A stretch of DNA of 43,541 nucleotides from Candidatus Micrarchaeota archaeon (lineage in GTDB: Archaea; Micrarchaeota; Micrarchaeia; Anstonellales; Bilamarchaeaceae). The stretch covers positions 1 to 43,541 of the forward strand of contig DAOVFD010000001.1 of NCBI GenBank assembly GCA_030668565.1, written 5' to 3'. The notes below the pieces were generated by a model. It was not told the DNA's origin. It saw only the letters and a program-made list of their open reading frames with translations, and made no database searches. Below are positions 19,401 through 27,559 of the stretch, one piece after another. Within the stretch, counting starts at the first letter, position 1; each line of letters starts with the position of its first letter. A program made the position numbers and the translations under genes.

Positions 19401-20638
19401 ATCAACCTCTCCACACCCGCCATATACCATTCCCCGCCAAGGGCTGTTGAAATGGATTTCGCCCCGGATATGGTTATAATCGCTATCACTACAAAGTCGA
19501 TATAGCCGACAAGTATAACATTGTTGACATTTTGCAGGAACGGCATGAGGATATCAAAAACCCTCTCCGGCCATAACCCATATCCGAAACCGCCCGTAGC
19601 ACCAATGTTCATTTCAGCCCATTGGAGCCATGTGAGAGTAAGCACTGTCTGGACTATTTTTATAACCTGCATTATTACTGGATAAATCACTTCTGATGTG
19701 AGCTCGAAGCACGCTGGAAAAGCAGCAGCACCATAACCAGTAAGCAAAAGCCAGCCACAGCAAACAAAACCAAATCCATACTCGGTTATAGCGAGGAGAA
19801 ATCGGTTTGGTAAAAACGAACAAAACATAGAACCAAAATCCATTGACCACGAATGCGGATCAAGCCGAAACATATCCGAATCCGATATCGTAACATTAGG
19901 ATAATCAATAAGCTGCTTATTGACCTCACCAACTATTATAACGGAAAACGGAAGAAGAACTATCGCAGCAAGGGAAACGGCAATAAGTGTGTTCCCGATA
20001 CGCCGCGTAAATGGAATAAGGCGTATTGCAAATGCAAGTGGAAGAATAATAGTCGGGACAGTAGCATGAAAAAATTTAATCAAAAGGCTAAGACCTTCAT
20101 AAAGAAATATTACATTTGTCAATCCCTGGGTCGCACTCCCAAGTGCCATGAGAAAGATTGACGCACCAGAAAGGGGTGAAGCAGAGTAGGTTATGTAGAA
20201 ATACCAAGCGGGAATTCCAACGTACGGAGAATACGTTGCACCCACCCTTATCTTTGTTGCAACACGAATTATGTTTTCATAGGCAGTATCGTAACCGCTT
20301 GTTTTACTCTCAAGCATATTGTCTATTACACCTATCGACGCATCGATATAGGTCGCTTCCTCTTCCCCCATCAGTACTGCGCTCATCTGCTCTGCTGATA
20401 TGAAAAGCGAAAAAATTATTATTACAAGAAGAACCCCTGCCACGAATTCCCTAAATTCGCTTTTTGTCCATGCCATTAATTGGGGACTCGAAAGCGCATT
20501 GGAGAACATGAACATTATTGCGAGGAATATTACTACTATTATGGCAACCATCGGCACGGCGAACATTAGATTTATTGGCGCTGCAAACGCAATGCCAAAA
20601 AGAAGCAGAAAAATGAAGGTAACGTGCATTAAGCGCAT
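19397..20638 (-). CDS. Polytopic membrane protein, paralogue P1
   Basis: 413 aa. Signatures MAWTKSEFREF, LPLAFAIRLIPFTRRIGNTLIA, C-terminal LGGEWYMAGVERLI. Multiple hydrophobic helices. Confidence 0.8.
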   Translation of the reverse strand: MRLMHVTFIFLLLFGIAFAAPINLMFAVPMVAIIVVIFLAIMFMFSNALSSPQLMAWTKSEFREFVAGVLLVIIIFSLFISAEQMSAVLMGEEEATYIDASIGVIDNMLESKTSGYDTAYENIIRVATKIRVGATYSPYVGIPAWYFYITYSASPLSGASIFLMALGSATQGLTNVIFLYEGLSLLIKFFHATVPTIILPLAFAIRLIPFTRRIGNTLIAVSLAAIVLLPFSVIIVGEVNKQLIDYPNVTISDSDMFRLDPHSWSMDFGSMFCSFLPNRFLLAITEYGFGFVCCGWLLLTGYGAAAFPACFELTSEVIYPVIMQVIKIVQTVLTLTWLQWAEMNIGATGGFGYGLWPERVFDILMPFLQNVNNVILVGYIDFVVIAIITISGAKSISTALGGEWYMAGVERLI

Positions 20639-20659
20639 AGCCTAATTAGGAGTAATACC

Positions 20660-20667
20660 TTTATAAA
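20660..20667 (-). promoter_or_regulatory. TATA-like box TTTATAAA upstream of P1
   Basis: Palindromic TTTATAAA in the only sizeable spacer (48 nt) of the block. It lies 22-29 nt upstream of the P1 ATG (20638), consistent with a leaderless internal promoter. Confidence 0.4.
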
Positions 20668-20686
20668 TTTACCAAAAATCAGAGAA

Positions 20687-21526
20687 TCACTTGAAAGTAA
20701 AGGTTAAACCCCCCATTACGGTGGTTTCCTCAATAGCAGTTATATTATAGTTATAAACCGAAAGATTGGCTGAAAGGTTTTGGGTTATATCTACTTCCAG
20801 ATCTCCATGCAATCCAAATGCAACCTCTTCTTTATAGACAATGAGCTGTGGACCTGCTTCAACACTGAAAATTTCACCTTCTGCAGCAACATTAAGAGAA
20901 AATTCACCATAGCCTGCCCCTTCAGTATCAAGGCCCCCTCCTGCAGCCGGTCCGATAGACACTATTTCGCTGACACCAAAATATACTGACACGTCACCGG
21001 CAACTGCTGTTCCTGTAAGCGGGTCGCGGTAAATTTCTACATAAACCGTTTCGTCTATTGCCAATACAGCACTTCCTGCAAAATCTGTCTTTTCAGGAGT
21101 TATTACCAAAGTCGCTTCCAATTCAGCACTCACTCTTTCCCCTTCTATCGTTTCGCTGACAGATATGGTAGCTGCAGGCGCTTTTTCGGCTACTCCTCCT
21201 GCGCCTTTGATTTGTGTTGCTGCTTCTATTTCCGGCTTTTCCTCTATCTCTTCTACTTCGGGTTTTTCTTCCGGAGCCTTAAGTGTTTTCTCGATTTCTT
21301 CTGCCAGTTCAGGGTCCTTTTCTTTTACAGCATCTACAAGAGCTTGGGAAAATGGAATCTCATTGCTCATTCTTTCTGCCACGTTATCAGTCAGCTCGGA
21401 TAAGTCAGTAAATCTTTCCTCGATTATTACTTTTACTTCCTGGGGAAGTGCCTGTATTTCTGCCGCAGCTTTTTCCTTGTGCGTTTCTGGCATGCATAAA
21501 GTTAGTAAGGAAGAAGTTTTAAACAT
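20687..21526 (-). CDS. Acidic protein with beta-rich C-terminal half, unknown function (first gene of the block)
   Basis: 279-aa ORF with no signal peptide or TM. E/K-rich N-terminal half; C-terminal half has alternating hydrophobic/G-rich strands ending GGLTFTFK. Alternative start at Met12 (21493). Confidence 0.6.
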   Translation of the reverse strand: MFKTSSLLTLCMPETHKEKAAAEIQALPQEVKVIIEERFTDLSELTDNVAERMSNEIPFSQALVDAVKEKDPELAEEIEKTLKAPEEKPEVEEIEEKPEIEAATQIKGAGGVAEKAPAATISVSETIEGERVSAELEATLVITPEKTDFAGSAVLAIDETVYVEIYRDPLTGTAVAGDVSVYFGVSEIVSIGPAAGGGLDTEGAGYGEFSLNVAAEGEIFSVEAGPQLIVYKEEVAFGLHGDLEVDITQNLSANLSVYNYNITAIEETTVMGGLTFTFK

Positions 21527-21544
21527 TAAGAGGAAAATCGAGGT

Positions 21545-22012
21545 GTGGAGCTCACAAAAAAAGAGTCTTATGCCATCCAGATAGGCTATTATCTCAAAAA
21601 CGGAGAGTACCCAAAAGCATGTGAACTGGCGGAAGATATGTTAAAAAGATTCCCTAAAGAGCCGCTTTCCCATTTTATGGCTGCAAGATCGTACTATTTT
21701 TCGAGCAGGTATCAGGAAGCAAGAACAGAGGGAAGGAAAGCATACGGTCTATCTAATACCAGGCAGGACATGATGATGAGTGCTATCGTCACTGCAAGTT
21801 CCCTCTTCATGCTGAAAAAATATGATGAAGGCCACAAGATGCTGCTGCCGTTTGAAAAAGAGAATAATGAAGACGTGAAAAAGCTTCTTGTTATATTCTA
21901 TATGGTGAAGGGCAGGGGAAAGAAAGCCGGAGAGTATTATAAGGAATTATACGACCTCAATATGGCAGTGGCCAAAAAATTCATAAAACAGCTGGCAGAG
22001 GGGCAAACATAA
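21545..22012 (+). CDS. TPR-like helical repeat protein
   Basis: 155 aa with a GTG start. Helix-pair repeats of TPR character (YYLKNGEYPKACELAEDMLKRFPKEPLSHFMAARSYYFSSRYQEA). Confidence 0.5.
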   Translation: MELTKKESYAIQIGYYLKNGEYPKACELAEDMLKRFPKEPLSHFMAARSYYFSSRYQEARTEGRKAYGLSNTRQDMMMSAIVTASSLFMLKKYDEGHKMLLPFEKENNEDVKKLLVIFYMVKGRGKKAGEYYKELYDLNMAVAKKFIKQLAEGQT

Positions 22013-22043
22013 TCTTTAAAATTCTCAGCGTCCTAAAGCCCTC

Positions 22044-25000
22044 ATGAACAAAAAGATAATAATTATGAGTATGCTGCTACTTTTGGCATTTTCTGTTGCT
22101 TTTGCCGCATATGAAGGGGAAGAATGCATAATATGCGATTTGATGATAGACGAGCCACAATCGAATATGTTGCTCACGGAGGATAAAACAGCCGAAACAT
22201 ATGGGATTAAACTTTATTATGAAAATTATAGTAATACCCCTTCGAGAACATCTATAGAAAACAGTATGTTGTTTGTGTATGTTGTTCCTGCCGAGGGTGA
22301 GAAGGAACTCCTCAGGATATATACAAATGAGGACGGCGAGGCGCTCTTTGATTTTTCTGAATATGCTGCAATAGCGCAGGAGGAACAGATTACATATTTA
22401 TTTACTATAATATACTGTCCCTTCTGCCATCCTAGCGACCCGGGGTATCCTTGTGGTTTTGACGAATGTGTGGAATATACGGGAATAGAGGTTCCACCAG
22501 GGATAACAGGACCTGACCCAATAAGCCTTATTCCGCTTGCAGAGGGGGTAACCGAGCCGACTACCGAAGAACTGAACACGCGCCATTTCCTTCCATCATC
22601 AGTAAGCACGACGCATGTTCCTCCGCCCCAGCCCGAATCACGGGTGCCTGCATTCTGTCTTCCTCTCATACTGATATTCGCACTGCTTGGCGGTGCATTA
22701 TATTATACAGGAAGGAATCCTTTTGCTGCATTTTCCCTGGGTACGCCCCGCGCTGGTATTGGCGGAAGACACATAAAATACACGCCAGGTGGTCGCGGTC
22801 TGAGCCTAAGCGGAAGTTATATTGCACAGCAAATGGCCGGTGCTGTTAGAGAAGGAAAAGCCATGAAAGCATATAGAAAAGCAAAGAAAGCGGGGGATAA
22901 AGAAGGAATGAAAGAAGCTGCTAAGGGTTTAGTTAAACCTGCATCATGGAAGAACACCCTAAGTTTTGGGCTACATGGGGCGATTTTTGGTGAAAAAGGA
23001 GGAAAAGCAGTAGCAGGCGCAAAAGGAGGAGTAACTGAATCAAGAGGCGGTATTGTCGGTTTGATAAGAAGGGGGAAGAAGATGAGAGGGGAGAGGAGAA
23101 TAAAGACAAAAACCGCCAAATCTTTTACAACCCCTTCTGGAAGAAAGGCATTAGGCCTCGAAGGCGGAGCAAAGGGAAGGTTAAAAGGCTGGGCAAAGAC
23201 AACCGGAGAAGCAATGACTCACGTACTTGGCGGATTGCTTAGCAAGTCATTTCTGTCATGTTTTGGATTGCAAGGGGTTGCTGAGAGGATGCAGAAATAC
23301 GTTATAAACAAGAACGCAACTGCGACTGCAAGGGGCGATGCAGAAAGCGCGGTCGCAGCGGAGGACCAGCAAAGGATTGTCAATAAACTGAGCAAGCTGG
23401 TACAAGAGAAGAAGGCAACTGAAATTACAGTTAGCGGAAAAACATTTTACGAAATGAAAGAGAAAGGACACACAACAAGAATCGATAAAGAAGCATGGCA
23501 GAAAGGTGACCTAAAAGCGACAGAGACTTTTTCGCGGGGCGGAGTTGCAATTGAGAGAAGTTATTCCGGAGGGTACGCGCTTAACGAACAAACAGGCGAG
23601 ATGGAATTCACTACTCCAAAATTAGATACTGTGTCATACACAAAGGAAATCGACGGCAAGCCAATTACAGTAACTTATGGTATTGAAGCTCGCGATGTAC
23701 CCTCATTTGCAGGCGTTGAAGCAATGGTTCCTGCAGAAGACCATCTAAAGATTATAGGAGTAAGCGGGGCTGAAGAGATTAAACAAGGAACGGAAGCATT
23801 TCAGAAGGTGTCAGATTTTGCAGAGAAATATAATGGAAAGCCGATATCTGCGGATGTTGTTGCTAAAACCTTCGCTGGGATGGGCATCGAAAAGGGTGTT
23901 ACAATTAGTAGTATGACCAATGATTTGGGGGCCGCGCAACAAAAGCTTGATTACGCAGCAAATAATGTAGTTGAAACACAGAAAACCATCTCTCTACGTA
24001 CATATAACAAAACGAATCCGGAATTTAACGACGCTACTAAAAAGATTGAAACGAAATCAAACGATGTTATTGTTGATACTGGTAAGAAGGCATTAACGCT
24101 GATTGCAAATACACCGCCGGATGAAAGCACGGGAGGACATTTTGAGACCCAAGCAACCAGAGGGTGGTATAGGGAAGGCGGAGAAATTTTCTCGGAAAAA
24201 TACGAAAAACCGAGCGAGGCAAACGTACGCGGTACAGAAGCGATCTACAGCCTTGGAGTCACGGGACTGGCTACAATGACTAAAAAAGAAGCAATAAAAG
24301 CGGTTGAGACCCAATTAGATAAGAGTGGTGTAACAGGTGCAAGGAAAACAGAAGCAATTGCAACTGCGAAAGAAATATACAAAGATGCAAGAGGGAGTGC
24401 AGTAGCATGGAATAATGCTTCGACAGAAGCTGCTGTTACATATCATAAACTAAATGACATCACAGCAGATGCCTTAAAACCGCTCTATGAGAGGGGAATA
24501 AAAGAACCTGCAGTTAGTCCGGAAACGAAGTATGATATAACGCATACAACTGTAATCAGTGCAGTGAGCAGTCATTTAAGTGCACCCGAAGCAACACAAT
24601 ATAAAAGAGAAGAAATAGGTAAAGCAGTAATTGGTGCGGGGGGGACAACCTTTGCAAAAACACCTGAGCAAAAGTTCCTTGCTACATCGATAAGAGATGG
24701 ACTCTATAAAATGCCAAAGAAACCGGAAATGCCCGTATATGAAGGAGTAACCAAGCCTAAACCAGAACAAATGTTAGATGATTGGTACAAAAAATTAAAA
24801 ATCGAAGAACGCATAATTGTTGATGCTGACCTAGAACTCATGAAGAATAAAAAACGAGCTGAAGAACTGAAAAATAGGATGACCGTCTCTGACGCTGAGA
24901 TGAGAAAATGGAAAGATTGGGAAGCTAAGAAAAAAGATATTTTCTATGGAGATGGCCAGGCAACTGCAGCTGTAGCTTCGCTTACCGTTACCTCAGCAAT

Positions 25001-25205
25001 ACAGAAAGGGGTAAAACTTCCGAAAAGCGTGTATGATGATGCTCTAGTCGGTATTGGAACGCGGAACCCAGAAAGATGGAAAGATGCAGCAAATACTACA
25101 GCAAAAGAGATTACAAAATCAGCCAGAGAAAAAGAAGAGGAAGGTTATCAGCGAATGGTAAGCCAGGCAGAACGCTTAAAGAAGGAAAAGAAGAAGAGCG
25201 ATTAG
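22044..25205 (+). CDS. Giant (1053 aa) type-I membrane protein with long lysine-rich cytoplasmic region, unknown function
   Basis: Signal peptide (MNKKIIIMSMLLLLAFSVAFA). ~180-aa ectodomain with 6 Cys (CIIC, CPFC, C137, C142). Single TM (AFCLPLILIFALLGGALYY, ~res 203-222). ~830 aa G/K/A-rich, coiled-coil-like cytoplasmic part. Confidence 0.75.
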   Translation: MNKKIIIMSMLLLLAFSVAFAAYEGEECIICDLMIDEPQSNMLLTEDKTAETYGIKLYYENYSNTPSRTSIENSMLFVYVVPAEGEKELLRIYTNEDGEALFDFSEYAAIAQEEQITYLFTIIYCPFCHPSDPGYPCGFDECVEYTGIEVPPGITGPDPISLIPLAEGVTEPTTEELNTRHFLPSSVSTTHVPPPQPESRVPAFCLPLILIFALLGGALYYTGRNPFAAFSLGTPRAGIGGRHIKYTPGGRGLSLSGSYIAQQMAGAVREGKAMKAYRKAKKAGDKEGMKEAAKGLVKPASWKNTLSFGLHGAIFGEKGGKAVAGAKGGVTESRGGIVGLIRRGKKMRGERRIKTKTAKSFTTPSGRKALGLEGGAKGRLKGWAKTTGEAMTHVLGGLLSKSFLSCFGLQGVAERMQKYVINKNATATARGDAESAVAAEDQQRIVNKLSKLVQEKKATEITVSGKTFYEMKEKGHTTRIDKEAWQKGDLKATETFSRGGVAIERSYSGGYALNEQTGEMEFTTPKLDTVSYTKEIDGKPITVTYGIEARDVPSFAGVEAMVPAEDHLKIIGVSGAEEIKQGTEAFQKVSDFAEKYNGKPISADVVAKTFAGMGIEKGVTISSMTNDLGAAQQKLDYAANNVVETQKTISLRTYNKTNPEFNDATKKIETKSNDVIVDTGKKALTLIANTPPDESTGGHFETQATRGWYREGGEIFSEKYEKPSEANVRGTEAIYSLGVTGLATMTKKEAIKAVETQLDKSGVTGARKTEAIATAKEIYKDARGSAVAWNNASTEAAVTYHKLNDITADALKPLYERGIKEPAVSPETKYDITHTTVISAVSSHLSAPEATQYKREEIGKAVIGAGGTTFAKTPEQKFLATSIRDGLYKMPKKPEMPVYEGVTKPKPEQMLDDWYKKLKIEERIIVDADLELMKNKKRAEELKNRMTVSDAEMRKWKDWEAKKKDIFYGDGQATAAVASLTVTSAIQKGVKLPKSVYDDALVGIGTRNPERWKDAANTTAKEITKSAREKEEEGYQRMVSQAERLKKEKKKSD

Positions 25206-25214
25206 GGTAACGAT

Positions 25215-25541
25215 ATGAAAACATTCGAGGTTTTGCGCACATCACCTGTTAAAAGGCTGAGGAGTCTCCTTACCTCAGGGAATCTCTGGTTGTATATCCT
25301 GTCGCTGATAAGGATTAACAAGAGGATTTATGCGTACAAGCTTGATGAGAAGATTGAGGAGGAGTATCTTTTCAAGCCGAATAAGGTAATGATATATGTT
25401 GTATTATATAAGCTTGAAAATGAGAAGCTGATAAAATCCGAATTCGAGGGAAGGAGAAAATACTATACTACAACAAAGAAGGGTATTGAGACTCTGGAAT
25501 TTGCAAAAGAGTATTTCAAAATCCTGTCCGATAAACTCTAA
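25215..25541 (+). CDS. PadR-family winged-helix transcriptional regulator
   Basis: 108 aa. Pattern LWLYILSLI...YAYKL...VLYKLENEKLIKSEF...RKYYTTTKKG matches the PadR wHTH consensus. Confidence 0.75.
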   Translation: MKTFEVLRTSPVKRLRSLLTSGNLWLYILSLIRINKRIYAYKLDEKIEEEYLFKPNKVMIYVVLYKLENEKLIKSEFEGRRKYYTTTKKGIETLEFAKEYFKILSDKL

Positions 25542-25550
25542 GTGATAGTT

Positions 25551-26090
25551 ATGCGCATCGTAATAACAGGTACGCCTGGAACTGGTAAAACAAAGGTTGC
25601 AGAGGAATTGGCAGATATTCTTGGTATACAATTTATTTCCATAAGAAAAATTGTTGAAAAAGAGAAGATATTTGAAGTAAAAGGCAGGGAAAAAGTAGTG
25701 GATATAAAGTTGCTTGAAAAAATCCTGAAAAAAACGCTCAGAAACGAACGGAATTACGTGATTGAGGGACATCTTGCATGCGAAACCAAACTTCCGTGCG
25801 ATTATATTTTCGTTCTCAGAACCCATCCTAAAGAGCTTAAGAGGCGTTTGTCAGGAAGGAAGTACTCTGCAGCAAAAACAAGAGAAAATTTGCTTAGTGA
25901 AATGCTTGACTACTGTGTGCAAAGAACAAGTGAAGTTTACAGGAAAAAACCAATTGAAATAGATACTACTGGAAAAACAGTTGGGGCGACAGCCGGGAGG
26001 ATAGCCAAAATGATAAGAAATAAAAAGAAAAAAGGAGATAAGGTGGATTATTCAAAAGAGCTGCTGGGATATCTGAGGTTGACCGGATGA
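25551..26090 (+). CDS. Fap7/AK6-type putative adenylate kinase (ribosome biogenesis NTPase)
   Basis: P-loop ITGTPGTGKT at the N-terminus. Length ~180 aa. C-terminal VDYSKELLGYLRL resembles archaeal Fap7. ATG 25551 preferred over the ORF-track GTG 25542. Confidence 0.8.
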   Translation: MRIVITGTPGTGKTKVAEELADILGIQFISIRKIVEKEKIFEVKGREKVVDIKLLEKILKKTLRNERNYVIEGHLACETKLPCDYIFVLRTHPKELKRRLSGRKYSAAKTRENLLSEMLDYCVQRTSEVYRKKPIEIDTTGKTVGATAGRIAKMIRNKKKKGDKVDYSKELLGYLRLTG

Positions 26091-26542
26091 AAGAGGAAAA
26101 AAGACTTATTGAGGCTGCTTTGTTCATAAGCGCCAGACCTATGTCCCTTGAAGAATTCAGGACGCTTACCGGAGTAGGTGCACTGGGCTATCTCAAAAAA
26201 TCGATAACCGAACTGCAAAAGGAATACAATGAAAGAGACAGTGCGATAGAGATAATAGAAAGTGATGGAAAATATCTTATGCGGGTGAAAAACGACCATG
26301 TTGAGAGGGTAAAGGAGTTTGCCCAGGATACGGAAATAAGCAGGTCAGCGTTGAGGACCCTTGCTTTTATTTCAAAACATGACGGAATGCTCAAGTCACA
26401 ACTTGTAAAGAAGATGGGGACTCATGTTTATTATAATGTAAAAGAACTTACTAATGCGGGGTTCATAAAGCAGCAGAAGGCAGGCAGAAGCTCAAAGCTT
26501 CTCCTGACAGATAAATTCAGGACTTATTTTGAGAAAAAATGA
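26087..26542 (+). CDS. scpB: Segregation and condensation protein B (ScpB)-like
   Basis: 151 aa. N-terminal IEAALFISARPMSLEEF is the typical ScpB opening, followed by two winged-helix-sized halves. Confidence 0.7.
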   Translation: MKEEKRLIEAALFISARPMSLEEFRTLTGVGALGYLKKSITELQKEYNERDSAIEIIESDGKYLMRVKNDHVERVKEFAQDTEISRSALRTLAFISKHDGMLKSQLVKKMGTHVYYNVKELTNAGFIKQQKAGRSSKLLLTDKFRTYFEKK

Positions 26543-26544
26543 AA

Positions 26545-26580
26545 TTAGGCTAACAAATTATCTAGCCGTTGTTGGCCTAA
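26545..26580. repeat. 36-nt palindromic element, copy 1 (TTAGGCTAACAAATT-N11-GTTGGCCTAA)
   Basis: The first 15 nt are identical to 27560-27574. The last 10 nt match 27586-27595 at 9/10 at the same spacing. Arms are inverted repeats of each other. It overlaps the fic stop codon. Confidence 0.7.
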
Positions 26581-27526
26581 CTCTTGAGCATTTTTCTATA
26601 AATGCTGAGAACACATAATCCACAAAATACTTCGGATTCTTGTTTTCAACAGATTTAATCAAAGCATTGAAATACTCTTCTTCGTTCTTTGAGATATTTA
26701 ACATCGGAAAATCAATGTCGTACAATGCTTTATTTAGTAGAAGACGACTTATTCTTTTGTTCCCGTCAATAAACGGATGAATCACATAAAACTTAAGATG
26801 CGCAAGAGCTGCTTTTTCTACAGGATAAATGCCTTGGGTTTTATTATACCACTCAATAAATTTGTTAATTTTTCTTGAGATCTCATTGGGCATGGCGGGC
26901 CTGAATCTTATTCTTGTACCTTTACCTGTTATTGTATCAAGCCTGAGGATATTCACCATTCTTCTTCTGAATTGTCCTGGCTCTGCATGTTCGAAATCGC
27001 GCATTATTATTTTATGAATGGATTTTATAGATGAAATAGACAATTTTTTCTTATTCTGTATTGCCTCAACGCCTTGAGTCATAGAAAGTGAAATATCCAA
27101 ATTCAAATCCTTGAGAATCTTTCTTTTTTTGGATAGACTTGCTGCTCTTTGTGCGTCATCCAATGTCACAGGAATTCCTTCAGTTATAAGTGTGGTATAG
27201 ACAAAGTTAGAAACTTCAATTTTTCCTACATCCTCGATTTGTGCATTGCTAAGCTTTCCTAGTTTATATTTATACCTTCTTCTTAATATCTCAGATACAA
27301 GAACCTGCTCTTCTGAGAGATAGTTAGTTTTAAAATTCTGGGCCAAATCAGATGCAGCGTTATGTATAAGTTTCTTTCTTGCATTTTTCAACTGTTTCTC
27401 TTTTGGTTTGGTTTTGCCTACATAAACCGAATATGTTCTAAGTTTTTCTGCTCTAAAGGTCAGATCTGCATAGTAATATCTTGCACCCTTTATTGTTTTT
27501 GTTCTAACCCGAGCATGTAATTCCAT
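26558..27526 (-). CDS. Fic/Doc-family protein
   Basis: 322 aa. Fic core motif HPFIDGNKRISR (nt 26744-26779). N-terminal inhibitory-helix-like TLITEG (nt 27176-27193). Confidence 0.85.
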   Translation of the reverse strand: MELHARVRTKTIKGARYYYADLTFRAEKLRTYSVYVGKTKPKEKQLKNARKKLIHNAASDLAQNFKTNYLSEEQVLVSEILRRRYKYKLGKLSNAQIEDVGKIEVSNFVYTTLITEGIPVTLDDAQRAASLSKKRKILKDLNLDISLSMTQGVEAIQNKKKLSISSIKSIHKIIMRDFEHAEPGQFRRRMVNILRLDTITGKGTRIRFRPAMPNEISRKINKFIEWYNKTQGIYPVEKAALAHLKFYVIHPFIDGNKRISRLLLNKALYDIDFPMLNISKNEEEYFNALIKSVENKNPKYFVDYVFSAFIEKCSRVRPTTAR

Positions 27527-27559
27527 ATAGTAATCTTGATGGAAAAGTATTTTAAATAG

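Noticed and set aside
19401-19430. Longer N-termini from the ORF track for P2 (19430), spt5 (30605), adk (37035), rpl30 (39478), rpl6 (42095) and rpl32e (41590)
   Set aside because: Downstream ATGs have AGGTGA-type SD sites or ATGA coupling and give family-typical N-termini. The extensions overlap upstream genes.
6024-21526. Interpretation of the block as a type IV secretion or conjugation (VirB6/TrbL-like) or type IV pilus/archaellum locus
   Set aside because: No VirB4/VirD4/PilB/FlaI-type ATPase, prepilin-like proteins, prepilin peptidase, relaxase or integrase occur in or next to the block. Any resemblance is limited to multi-pass membrane proteins.
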